The notes beneath the pieces were generated by a model. It saw only the letters and a list, made by a program, of their open reading frames with translations. It was not told where the DNA came from and did no database searches. Shown one piece after another: positions 1 through 8,947 of a DNA stretch of 64,000 bases; position 1 is the first letter of the stretch; each line of letters opens with the position of its first letter. Position numbers and translations under genes: made by a program. Source of the stretch: a virus; IMG/VR virus record IMGVR_UViG_3300031772_000016, positions 1 through 64,000 of that record. One strand, 5' to 3'.

Positions 1-1031
1 AGGCTCCTCTGAGCATTACGGACCCTTCGAACATTACGGCTTTAGGTAGGGTGTTAGCGGGTGGAGTGGCTGGGGAAGATTATTCTCAGAACAAGAATCC
101 CGGGAATATTCTCAGGACGAAGGAGTTCACGAGTACGCAGAGGGTATTGTTGAGCAACGGGTCTGAGTTGGGCGTACTAGTTTATACAGATCTTTATCAG
201 AATTATTTTATCGAACATATATATAACGGGTATGCTGATCCGTATAATCAGGGTGCCGTTGTGGCTCGTTGGGCGTTTGATAACATAGGTATTTTAGAGA
301 AAGAGTTTGACGCTATCGTGGGGACTGTTGATAGCACTCCAGATACTGTCGACGTGACTGCTATCACGTTGCCTCAGTATCAGCGATACAAGTGTGAACG
401 CATTCGGGTGTGCAGTCTGGGTCAACTCACGATGACGTGGACTGGGTATAGACCTGGATCTGGAGTTGTGGATACAATAGTACCTATCAGTTCAGTAGCT
501 CAGAGCTACAAATTCACGTCTAACTATTTCAGGAATGTAGATGGTGGAGCTACTATTGATTGGATGCCTGGGAGTGCTGTAACCAACTCTGATAATTTTG
601 TAGTGCGGATAGAGGCTAACATTATTAACACGAAGGTATCAGAGTCTGACACTAAAATGCACAGAGTAGATCAGTGTCTACATTTATACATACCTCTATC
701 AAAATGGACTGCAGTGTGCAAGGGTGGTCAGCCTAATACCGCTTATGAATCTATAGCACCGTTTTATCGGTGGGAGGATAGATCTCCTAAACTGAATATC
801 GTAGATTTTTATGACCAAACCAGCGCTGTGTTTGACCAGACGGCTAGTCCGTCTGCCTGGAAAGCAGCAATATATCCCAGGCTCATTAGTCAGAGTAGAA
901 CTACGAGCGGCGCAGGGGACAACAAGATTTATACAGGCGTGTGGAGTTTAGATGTGGTATTGTTGCCTGATGGAAGCGAGGAATTGGGTAATTTAACCGG
1001 GAAAACGTATATCTCCTATTTCCAGGGATAA
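1..1031 (+). CDS. 5'-truncated hypothetical protein, possibly virion structural
   Basis: Frame is open from position 3 to TAA at 1029-1031, so the gene begins before the window. Beta-rich composition; followed by a terminator. Confidence 0.6.
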   Translation, partial: APLSITDPSNITALGRVLAGGVAGEDYSQNKNPGNILRTKEFTSTQRVLLSNGSELGVLVYTDLYQNYFIEHIYNGYADPYNQGAVVARWAFDNIGILEKEFDAIVGTVDSTPDTVDVTAITLPQYQRYKCERIRVCSLGQLTMTWTGYRPGSGVVDTIVPISSVAQSYKFTSNYFRNVDGGATIDWMPGSAVTNSDNFVVRIEANIINTKVSESDTKMHRVDQCLHLYIPLSKWTAVCKGGQPNTAYESIAPFYRWEDRSPKLNIVDFYDQTSAVFDQTASPSAWKAAIYPRLISQSRTTSGAGDNKIYTGVWSLDVVLLPDGSEELGNLTGKTYISYFQG

Positions 1032-1047
1032 TAGTAAAAGAATTAAG

Positions 1048-1079
1048 GGTATAGAGCACTATAGCTCTATACCTTTTTT
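1048..1079. terminator. Intrinsic terminator between convergent genes
   Basis: GGTATAGAGC-loop-GCTCTATACC followed by a T run. Confidence 0.85.
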
Positions 1080-1082
1080 GTA

Positions 1083-1970
1083 TTACTGTATTCGTAGAGT
1101 TTTCTTAAACCCAGCGCCTACGAGCAATCCTGCTACAGATTCGTTCTTGGTTGTCCTACCGTTGATTGTGTACAACATGTTTGATACTTCTGATCGTGTA
1201 GTGACATAGTGTACACTTGGTACAGATACCACTGTAGGTATGAGTTGGTCTGTGGTGTTGTTTGCTAGCACGGTTATTTCCGTGGCAGTCAGGGCACGTT
1301 TATAAATAGCTATTGCGTCGATGCACCCAGACCAGTTGTCATTTGGTGAAGACGAGCTTACGAACCATGCGCCTACACCGAACCATCCTGCGGATGTGTT
1401 CCAGTTCGACATCTGTTTGGATACAAGGGCTGAGTCGTCCATGTACAATACAGCGCTGCCTGCGCTTGTGAGGGAGACGGCCAGGTGTGTCCATGATCGG
1501 ATCTTTGCCAGTGAGGTTGTTTTGTGCTTGAGGCTATCTGTACCGTTGGTGAATATAAGATAATCAAAGCCACCGGTAGAAAGAGCAAGGAATGAGCACT
1601 CTGTTTTATTAGCTTTGTCTCCCCAGGCTACAATCGTTCTGGGTTGGGAAAGAGAAGCGAGTTTTACCCACGCTGAGATAGTCCGGGCGGACGAACCTGT
1701 AGGGAAAGAGTCTGCTGGAGTGTAGAGCCCACAAGTTGTGCCAGGGAAAGAATCTGCTCGGTTGGCGACACCCATACGGTCATTTACCCACTTAGGTATG
1801 CCCCTTTGGTCAGAGGTGTGCAGTGAATCGAGTTTGTGTCCGTTCCCGCTGGCATCCAGGAGGTTCCCAGTGAGTGGGTAAAAGGCGATCAGCCCATCCA
1901 CGGGAACCTGCGCCATCAAAATCCCTGCCAGCACCGCGATCATCGCTACCGTCTGCGTCAGTCTGCTCAT
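1083..1970 (-). CDS. Secreted LamG/concanavalin A-like domain protein
   Basis: Start re-assigned to MSRLTQ (RBS GAGGAGG upstream). Signal-peptide-like N-terminus; LamG motifs GLIAFYPL, DASGNG, TISAWVK, WTHLAV, IDAIAIYKRALT. Confidence 0.85.
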   Translation of the reverse strand: MSRLTQTVAMIAVLAGILMAQVPVDGLIAFYPLTGNLLDASGNGHKLDSLHTSDQRGIPKWVNDRMGVANRADSFPGTTCGLYTPADSFPTGSSARTISAWVKLASLSQPRTIVAWGDKANKTECSFLALSTGGFDYLIFTNGTDSLKHKTTSLAKIRSWTHLAVSLTSAGSAVLYMDDSALVSKQMSNWNTSAGWFGVGAWFVSSSSPNDNWSGCIDAIAIYKRALTATEITVLANNTTDQLIPTVVSVPSVHYVTTRSEVSNMLYTINGRTTKNESVAGLLVGAGFKKTLRIQ

Positions 1971-2019
1971 TCTCTGCCTCCTCTGAGTTTGGTGTGCCTG
2001 TTTCTGTCTGCTCACTACT

Positions 2020-2048
2020 AATATACTTTTATGGAACGTCGGAATCAA
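2020..2048 (-). promoter_or_regulatory. Sigma70-like promoter TTGATT-N17-TATATT
   Basis: Exact 17-bp spacing upstream of the LamG gene; identical hexamers recur at 2988-3016 and 34910-34938. Confidence 0.75.
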
Positions 2049-2064
2049 GTACTATTTTTGGTCA

Positions 2065-2424
2065 CTAGTCCGTGTCTATGACAGTTTGGATCAACAGGCT
2101 TTTTATTATGAACTCATCTGACATATCACACCCGGTGTTTTTAACATGCCGAGCTTTGATGGTGTCGATGAGCTGTTGGTGCGTTAAAACGGAGAGCTCT
2201 GTTACTCGTTTTTTTCTGTAATCTTCATCTATTTCGTGACAGTCAAAATCCGTGTCTATTATAGCCTCAGTGAGGAAAGTCCTGATTACGGATTTGCTTG
2301 TGACAGCCTGCCCGATGTCTTTAGAGAATCGAGCCCTGATTGTGTCGACGATCTGTTGTGTAGTCAGGTGGAGAAGCTCTGCTTCCCGTTTTTCTCTGTA
2401 AGAAAGATCTTCTTTTTCATTCAT
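2065..2424 (-). CDS. Hypothetical protein with internal duplication
   Basis: Two similar halves: LTTQQIVDTIRAR...IIDTD and LTHQQLIDTIKAR...VIDTD. Confidence 0.7.
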   Translation of the reverse strand: MNEKEDLSYREKREAELLHLTTQQIVDTIRARFSKDIGQAVTSKSVIRTFLTEAIIDTDFDCHEIDEDYRKKRVTELSVLTHQQLIDTIKARHVKNTGCDMSDEFIIKSLLIQTVIDTD

Positions 2425-2436
2425 AGGTCACCTATT

Positions 2437-2952
2437 CTACAAGGCTTGTCCGCCTATATCTACAATGAGGTTACTGTCCTCGTCGTAGAATAGTTTTATG
2501 CCTAAACTTTTGAGAGTTTTGTGCGTTTTCAGGAGATTCGTAGCATTCTCTGCCTCTGTATCCGAATATTCACTCAGCACTTCTTTCATGTCTATCAAAA
2601 AGCTAGCGCTAGACAGCACATCGTTCAAATCAGCCTGTATGTACTCTATAGTTAGCCAGGGCTGACTTTTTGGGCTCTTGTTGCGTATGTTGAACCTGTT
2701 TAGATAGCCTCGTATCTCCCTGCGCCATTTGTCCCTGTTTAATGACTGCGGCATAGTCACGTACTTGATAATGTGCTCGAGTAGCGTGATAGTCATATTG
2801 GAGAGGGCTGAAAGGGCTTCTTTCCTGTTTCGAGACATAGCCACGATAGTCCGCAGCTCAGACGCGTATTTATCGTGGCCGTCTTTTTTTAGCTGCCTGA
2901 TAAAGCTTTCGATAGTCCTTGTAACCATTTCTTTCTTCACCATGATAAACAT
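2437..2952 (-). CDS. DUF29-like protein
   Basis: LLEHIIKY...WRREI pattern typical of DUF29. Confidence 0.6.
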   Translation of the reverse strand: MFIMVKKEMVTRTIESFIRQLKKDGHDKYASELRTIVAMSRNRKEALSALSNMTITLLEHIIKYVTMPQSLNRDKWRREIRGYLNRFNIRNKSPKSQPWLTIEYIQADLNDVLSSASFLIDMKEVLSEYSDTEAENATNLLKTHKTLKSLGIKLFYDEDSNLIVDIGGQAL

Positions 2953-2987
2953 ACTCCGGTAGGATTGTGGATATTGACCGTACTATT

Positions 2988-3016
2988 AATATACCTTTGT
3001 ATAACGTAAGAATCAA
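2988..3016 (-). promoter_or_regulatory. Sigma70-like promoter TTGATT-N17-TATATT
   Basis: 17-bp spacing, upstream of the DUF29-like gene. Confidence 0.75.
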
Positions 3017-3097
3017 GGCTTTTTTGAAGCAGTTCTTGCTCGGGTCCCTCTCCCCCTCAAAATATCTCCGTAGCTCCCGGTCCACAAACACCATCCA

Positions 3098-3113
3098 TAA
3101 TAGTCTACTAATA
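3098..3113 (+). promoter_or_regulatory. TAATA-N6-TAATA motif (putative late promoter)
   Basis: TAATAGTCTACTAATA; one of about 14 intergenic copies upstream of + strand genes. Confidence 0.7.
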
Positions 3114-3167
3114 ATATCTGATTAACAGGTAATGCTATATCCATATCACATATAACAGGGGGTCTGT

Positions 3168-3779
3168 ATGGTTGCGGTGCCGTCTAAATGGATTGAAAAC
3201 TCAAAAGTCCTCGACAAGAGCCTCGTAACAGGAAGTGCTTTTGACAGAAGTCAGGACAAGCTAGTGCCCCATTTTATGGGTCTGGATATCGGATTGAAAA
3301 ATGATGGCACTGCAGTAACTATAGGCCACTGGGTGACAGAGTTCATAAAGGATAATCCAGTAAAGAAGTTAGAGATAGACGTGTCTACAGTACGATACGC
3401 GAGAAACGAGAATAGAGCGTTTTTTGAGATAGAAGAGATAGCCGATTGGGTGTGTATGTGGGCTCGCAGATACAACATCCAGTCTGGATTAACAGACCAA
3501 TACTATGGACTCACAGCTGTGCCAGCTATGAAGAAAAAAGGGTTTAAAAACATCTCTTTCAAGCATTTTACCCAAGCTCTGAATACCGAGATGTTCTCTG
3601 TGCTGGACAGCTACCTGAGTAAGGGTCTTTTACGCATGCCTGTGTCAGATTTAACAGAAGAGTTGCAAAATCTAGTGATAGACCCAGCCGCTCGATATGC
3701 AGTAGCACCCGTAGGTGGGCACGACGATTTGACGGATAGTTTTGCACGAATGGTCTATACGGCACACATTAGCAGATAA
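3168..3779 (+). CDS. Terminase large subunit C-terminal RNase H-like nuclease domain (stand-alone)
   Basis: FMGLDIGLKNDGTAVTIGH, TDQY and GGHDDLTDSFAR acidic motifs; near the portal; no ATPase domain in the ORF. Confidence 0.8.
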   Translation: MVAVPSKWIENSKVLDKSLVTGSAFDRSQDKLVPHFMGLDIGLKNDGTAVTIGHWVTEFIKDNPVKKLEIDVSTVRYARNENRAFFEIEEIADWVCMWARRYNIQSGLTDQYYGLTAVPAMKKKGFKNISFKHFTQALNTEMFSVLDSYLSKGLLRMPVSDLTEELQNLVIDPAARYAVAPVGGHDDLTDSFARMVYTAHISR

Positions 3780-3799
3780 CATATCGGGGCCGCTCTGTC

Positions 3800-3985
3800 A
3801 TGAACTCCATGGAATATCAATGTAGGCTCGCTGAGTACGACGAGCGCATCTCATTCTACGCGAATAAACAAAAAGAAATCGAGTACGAGAAATCGAGATT
3901 CGTGCTCGAGGTCCTAAAGAATACCGTAGCGGCAAAAGCCGAGAGCGCACTGCCACCAGGTATAGAAGTCATCAAGAGGCCATAA
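3800..3985 (+). CDS. Hypothetical protein
   Basis: Short coiled-coil-like ORF in operon context. Confidence 0.55.
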   Translation: MNSMEYQCRLAEYDERISFYANKQKEIEYEKSRFVLEVLKNTVAAKAESALPPGIEVIKRP

Positions 3986-3988
3986 TAT

Positions 3989-4183
3989 ATGCCGGGTGAA
4001 TTGAATTTTGAGGACGACAAGCAGGAAGCGGGTTATAGGGAAAACCAATATAAAACCCGCGGAGAGAATGGAGACCAAGATCCTATAGACCCAGACTCTC
4101 AGTCCTCTTTGCCGAACTCAAAAATGATTATGAATGTCCTGAAACTGGTCCGCTGTCAGGACAAGAACACAATACCTGATTAG
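3989..4183 (+). CDS. Hypothetical protein
   Basis: ORF tightly packed in the operon. Confidence 0.5.
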   Translation: MPGELNFEDDKQEAGYRENQYKTRGENGDQDPIDPDSQSSLPNSKMIMNVLKLVRCQDKNTIPD

Positions 4184-4201
4184 AGAGGGCCCACATAACA
4201 C

Positions 4202-4528
4202 ATGGCAGATCTAAATCAAATTACACGAGACGCTACTACTCTCCGCGGTAAAATCCTGAAAGACCTTGACACTCTCATCAAGATGTACGGGGAGTTTGAG
4301 GGGTCCGTGACAGAGCGCTTTAGGGATGAGTACACGAAGAACGCAGGAGCTACCAGCGGCCTCGAAGATTTCTACGCACTCAGTAATTCCGTGAAGAAGA
4401 ACCATATAGCAGTGAAAAACGCATACGCTCTCCTGAAGAGAATGCGTGCAGTAGATGGGTTTGAGATCACTGAAGAAGAGGTGTTGGATAAAGAGCTGGA
4501 AGAGCTCCTGTCAGACGCCCCCAAATAA
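4202..4528 (+). CDS. Hypothetical helical protein
   Basis: 108-aa ORF directly upstream of the portal. Confidence 0.7.
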   Translation: MADLNQITRDATTLRGKILKDLDTLIKMYGEFEGSVTERFRDEYTKNAGATSGLEDFYALSNSVKKNHIAVKNAYALLKRMRAVDGFEITEEEVLDKELEELLSDAPK

Positions 4529-4555
4529 CATATCACATAGCGAGTAGAGAAGAAC

Positions 4556-6481
4556 ATGGAAGAACCAAAACGTATGCGAACTACAGTAAGAAAGACAGCA
4601 TCGGAGATAGTCCCGGTAAAGAACGGGGATAATGTCCGAGTGTCCAATAAGCTCACTGAAAAAGAGATTGTGGCCAGAAAAATCAGGAAGTACGCTACTA
4701 CGACGTTCGGGTTTAATACGAGGACCGCGGCAGGTACCGGATATAGCTCCGGCGGGTCGATGGACAGCCAGTTCGGTAACTTCTACTCCCCTCAGCTGTC
4801 CACGGACTTCCTGGAAAAACCGCAAAACCAACGTGAACGTAGAGCCTGGTACCGACATTTTTATCACTCCAATGAGTTCGTGGGACAGGCTATCGACCTG
4901 CACTCCACGCTCCCTCTCTCGAAACTCCGACTCGAGAAACCGCATGGTGAGAACCAAGAGCAGTGTGAGTATGTGTATGCGTTCTTCACCGAGATGTGCG
5001 ATGAGATAAAGCTTTTCAAGACCCTACTGGAAATAAGCCACGAGTTCTGGTTACTAGGCTCGTGCACATGCTACTCTGAAGACCATGATCCGTATGAAGT
5101 TACAGATGAGGATGGAGAAGAAAAAGTACGGGAAATGAAGCTCAAGGGTAAAGCAGAAGCAGAGAGACTCTACAAAGAGTTTAAGGTCATAGATAAAGAC
5201 CCTAACTATAAGGGCTTTAGAAAGATTATCATCCTCCCGCCTGATCAGGTGCGTATGAAGAAAATACCCCTGTCAGATGAGAGTATCGTAGAGTTCATCC
5301 CGGAGCCAGAGACGAGAAAATCGATCCTGAACTCCCAGGATCCAAGCTATTATGGCACCGGATCAGATGACGTGCAGAGAAAGATACCCCATATACAGGG
5401 TAAACTCCTGGAACAGCTAAAACAGAGCGGTAGCATCGCTCTGGACACCGACCCGTATAGCGGGTCCCACGTACATTATCTGTGTCGTAAAAAGTGCCAG
5501 TATGAGACCTACGGTGTATCTATCCTCGAGCGCTGCGTAAACACCCTCCTGTATGATGACAAGCTACGTCAGGCTCAGACGTCGATCGCGTCTCGGCATA
5601 TGACTCCCATGCGTGTAGTGTGGGCTGAGGAGCTGTCTGACACGGACGTAGAGAACCTCCGTGAGCAGGTGGACATGGCTTTGACGGACCCTGATTTCTC
5701 GATCGTAGCCAACTACCAGGTAAACTGGCAGGAAATGGGCTCCAACGGTCGTCTGCTGCAGCTCGACAGTGAGCACGAGTACGTAGCGAACTCCCTGTTC
5801 GCGGGACTGGGAGTGACCCGGGAGCTACTGACCGGTGAGGGCACGTACGCTGGTAATAGGATCACGCTGGAGGTACTGAACACACAGTACATGCTGTTTA
5901 GGGAGCAGCTCCAGGAGTACGTGGAGAATAACCTGTTCAAGCCGGTAGCTAAGAAAAAGGGATTCATTGAGAAGGACAAGTACGGTCGTGAGAAGTTGAT
6001 CTACCCTAAACTGAGCTTTACTCGTCTAGCTATCAAGGACAATGATGCGTTCTTTGATCAGGCTATGCAGCTCTACAACAAGGGCTCTATCTCGATCGAT
6101 GTGATCCTGGAGATGCTGAACATAGACCCAGTGTCTACCCGTAAAAAGATAGAGGCTGATCTGTTTACTGTGAACGATTTCGCGTTCAACCAGCTCATGA
6201 CGAACCTGTATGTCGCTACAGCTACTAAACTGGCTGAGGGGTATAGCTCTGCGGATAAGATGGCTGAGTACCTCAAGCTCGACCCACTCCCTCCGCCTCC
6301 GGCGGGTGAGGAGGCAGGTGGAGGTCTGGGAGGGCTCGGCGGTGGAGCGCCGCCTATGGGTAGATTCTCGTCTGTAGGGATGGATAGTAAACGCCAGGCG
6401 GCTTTGACTAAGCTCATGACTATGGCTATGAAGAATCCAGAGAAGATGGACAAGATAGCGGCGTTTTTAGCGAAGAAATAG
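4556..6481 (+). CDS. Portal protein
   Basis: 641 aa, between the terminase domain and head genes; portal-like segments VGQAIDLH, YGVSILER, LFAGLGV, LQEYVENNLFKPVA. Confidence 0.85.
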   Translation: MEEPKRMRTTVRKTASEIVPVKNGDNVRVSNKLTEKEIVARKIRKYATTTFGFNTRTAAGTGYSSGGSMDSQFGNFYSPQLSTDFLEKPQNQRERRAWYRHFYHSNEFVGQAIDLHSTLPLSKLRLEKPHGENQEQCEYVYAFFTEMCDEIKLFKTLLEISHEFWLLGSCTCYSEDHDPYEVTDEDGEEKVREMKLKGKAEAERLYKEFKVIDKDPNYKGFRKIIILPPDQVRMKKIPLSDESIVEFIPEPETRKSILNSQDPSYYGTGSDDVQRKIPHIQGKLLEQLKQSGSIALDTDPYSGSHVHYLCRKKCQYETYGVSILERCVNTLLYDDKLRQAQTSIASRHMTPMRVVWAEELSDTDVENLREQVDMALTDPDFSIVANYQVNWQEMGSNGRLLQLDSEHEYVANSLFAGLGVTRELLTGEGTYAGNRITLEVLNTQYMLFREQLQEYVENNLFKPVAKKKGFIEKDKYGREKLIYPKLSFTRLAIKDNDAFFDQAMQLYNKGSISIDVILEMLNIDPVSTRKKIEADLFTVNDFAFNQLMTNLYVATATKLAEGYSSADKMAEYLKLDPLPPPPAGEEAGGGLGGLGGGAPPMGRFSSVGMDSKRQAALTKLMTMAMKNPEKMDKIAAFLAKK

Positions 6482-6483
6482 CT

Positions 6484-6822
6484 ATGAATAAATCTATAGC
6501 GAGTGTACTGCGCAAGATAGCGCAGATGATAGTGATAGATGAGACTCCAGAGACTGAGGAGGAGATCCTACTCAGGCGTCAGCGGGTGTGTGAGGAGCCT
6601 GGGGGTCTTGGGGTATCTATACGTAAGCCGAGGGTACAGGTGCAGAGGGATGAGACGGAGATGACACAGCGACCTAAGCTACGCCCTATGCGTCGCCAGC
6701 CTGCTTATCAGAGTGAGTGGAGTGGGGATGGTGGGAAAGAGAAGAGGAATGAGTATCAGGCTGAGTATCGTGCTAACGGCAATGATGTGGGTACTAGATA
6801 CGTGAAGAAACCAAAAGTGTGA
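6484..6822 (+). CDS. Hypothetical, putative head-associated protein
   Basis: N-terminal SIASVLRKIA helix resembling those of other head-region ORFs. Confidence 0.6.
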   Translation: MNKSIASVLRKIAQMIVIDETPETEEEILLRRQRVCEEPGGLGVSIRKPRVQVQRDETEMTQRPKLRPMRRQPAYQSEWSGDGGKEKRNEYQAEYRANGNDVGTRYVKKPKV

Positions 6823-6834
6823 GGAGTTTGTAAA

Positions 6835-7119
6835 ATGCCAAAGCCACCGAGAGAGTTAACCAAGCAGGTAATGACCATCCAGGAGATCATAGACGGCCTG
6901 AATGATGTCATTGGCGGTAACAAGATCAAGATCGAGTACTACGGTAAAGATTTTGTGGAGCCGCTGGGTGAGATACGTAAGCAGGCTCTGGAGTTACGAA
7001 GTAAGATGGAAGTCTTTAAGAGTAACCTGGAGTACGCGCTCACAGCACAGTTTTCGACTAGTGAGCGATTTGCGTCGTCCAAGAAGGTTATAGATCAGTT
7101 CTTATCTAGGAAATTCTAG
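6835..7119 (+). CDS. Hypothetical protein
   Basis: RBS GAGGAG; coiled-coil; C-terminal RFASSKKVIDQFL. Confidence 0.65.
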   Translation: MPKPPRELTKQVMTIQEIIDGLNDVIGGNKIKIEYYGKDFVEPLGEIRKQALELRSKMEVFKSNLEYALTAQFSTSERFASSKKVIDQFLSRKF

Positions 7120-7137
7120 TAGCATAGTAATAGATCA

Positions 7138-7153
7138 TAATACTCTTCTAATA
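7138..7153 (+). promoter_or_regulatory. TAATA-N6-TAATA motif
   Basis: TAATACTCTTCTAATA upstream of 7201. Confidence 0.7.
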
Positions 7154-7200
7154 AATAAATTAAGTCGAATCACTGTCCGAGATATTATCCGGGGTACACT

Positions 7201-8364
7201 ATGGCTAAAGATGACAAGAAAAAGCCTGAGTTAAAAGTATCGCCAGGCGAAAAAGATAAAAAGGGTGATGAGAAAGCGAGAGCTAAACAGCTGTTGTCTA
7301 AGCATCCTGAGATCATGTATAACGCACGAAACCTGTTTCGCAACGAGAATGGTACTACTATCGTTGAGGAATCGGTGCCGCGTGGTGATCCGAAGAAAGA
7401 AGATGTCATCATGCCTCGGACTCAGGGAGACCTGACGGACACAGATTTACGTGAGATGGCTGTATTCGCGTCCTCTTTGGTAGATGACACTCTCCGACAG
7501 TACGATCAGAAGGTGGCGTATGAGGATGCTCTCCAGCGTGCGATAGGGTCCAAGGACGGTGGGAAGTACGCTGGAAAAGTCAATGCATCTACATTTTCTC
7601 TGATCATGGATACGATGGGTAAGAAGGCTAAGAAAGCGTCGGAAGAATCATCTGAACCTATACAGGAAATAACCAAGGAGGCTCGCATGGATAAGGGAAT
7701 GATTTTGGCAGAGCTCGAAGCTACTCGTATCAAGATGGCAGCGTTGGAGGCTCTCGCAGGTGATGAAGGTATGGACAAAGAGGCCAAAGAGAAGCCTACC
7801 TGTAAAAAGTGTGGTGAGAAGCATTGGCCGTTTATGGGTTGCGGCAAGAAAGAAAAGTCAGAGGACAAGGAAGATAAGAAGGACGACAAGAGCGAAAAAG
7901 GCGCAGATAAGGACGACAAGAAGGGCGCAGATAAAGAGGCTAAAGAAATGCCTACATGCGCTAAGTGCTCTAAGAAGCATTGGCCTTTCCAGGGTTGTGG
8001 TAAGAAAGAAGACAAGAAGGACGACAAGAAAGAGAAGACTGCTATGGAGAACATAGTGGAGTCTCTCGATGAGATCGCTGGCACCCTGGAGTCACAGAAA
8101 GACTACGAGCTGTTCAAGATCGCCTATCAGATCGATCAGGTGTCTGATGTGCTCATGGGCAAGAAAGAAGCTGCGACTCTCGAAAGCGATACCGACGAGA
8201 AGTACATGAAAGAGTTCTTCAAGGCCGGTATGCGCGAAGGTGACTCTGACGAGAAGTCATACATGGCTGCGTTCAATACAGATACCACTACCGAGCTGAA
8301 GGACAAGTATCCTAAGGGTCTCGGCAAGGACGCATCTGCAATGCCCTATCAGGTAAAGAAATAA
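7201..8364 (+). CDS. Charged head/scaffold-like protein with two CxxC-x3-H-x5-C repeats
   Basis: K/D/E-rich; repeats CKKCGEKHWPFMGC and CAKCSKKHWPFQGC; many KxA motifs. Confidence 0.7.
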   Translation: MAKDDKKKPELKVSPGEKDKKGDEKARAKQLLSKHPEIMYNARNLFRNENGTTIVEESVPRGDPKKEDVIMPRTQGDLTDTDLREMAVFASSLVDDTLRQYDQKVAYEDALQRAIGSKDGGKYAGKVNASTFSLIMDTMGKKAKKASEESSEPIQEITKEARMDKGMILAELEATRIKMAALEALAGDEGMDKEAKEKPTCKKCGEKHWPFMGCGKKEKSEDKEDKKDDKSEKGADKDDKKGADKEAKEMPTCAKCSKKHWPFQGCGKKEDKKDDKKEKTAMENIVESLDEIAGTLESQKDYELFKIAYQIDQVSDVLMGKKEAATLESDTDEKYMKEFFKAGMREGDSDEKSYMAAFNTDTTTELKDKYPKGLGKDASAMPYQVKK

Positions 8365-8377
8365 GGAGTAAACGATA

Positions 8378-8935
8378 ATGCCTGGAATCTATCCTAATCC
8401 ATCTGCGGCTGCTGAGAGCTTCAAGGTAGGGGACCAAGTAAAGTGGTTCATCCCTGGTAAAGAAGCGTCTGCAGAAGTGGGTGTAGTGACGCAGGTATGC
8501 CCGGGCATTAATAAGGTCTGGGTCGAGTTTCAGAATGGTGGTAACCAGCAGAGAGATCCGTCGGAGCTCTTGATGGTTACCCCATTCACAGGCCAGTCCC
8601 CTGTCACAGAAGACACTGGCTATAGCAGCTACTCCAAGAGTATCTCGGACAAGAGCTACGGGACTCCTGGGGACGCTGTCCTAAAGCTGGCTCATAAACT
8701 GGTGTCTAAAGAGATCCCAGAGAATGTGAAACTGGCTGGTATGGCTACCAAGGTCGCTAGCAGCTTCGCTAGTACCGTGGTGGACAAGCTGGCTAGTGAT
8801 GTCGTAGCATGCGTGGAGAAAGGCATGACAGACATCCAGGCCTATCAGAGTCTGTATCCTCAGTACGAGAACATGTGTTCGGATGGATTCATGCGTACAG
8901 CTATCAGTAAGATTTACGCAGTCAAGAAAGCCTAA
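8378..8935 (+). CDS. Head-region protein with N-terminal SH3/KOW-like barrel
   Basis: FKVGDQVKW...GVVTQV...VWVEF; RBS AAGGAG. Confidence 0.6.
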   Translation: MPGIYPNPSAAAESFKVGDQVKWFIPGKEASAEVGVVTQVCPGINKVWVEFQNGGNQQRDPSELLMVTPFTGQSPVTEDTGYSSYSKSISDKSYGTPGDAVLKLAHKLVSKEIPENVKLAGMATKVASSFASTVVDKLASDVVACVEKGMTDIQAYQSLYPQYENMCSDGFMRTAISKIYAVKKA

Positions 8936-8947
8936 AGGACCGACACA

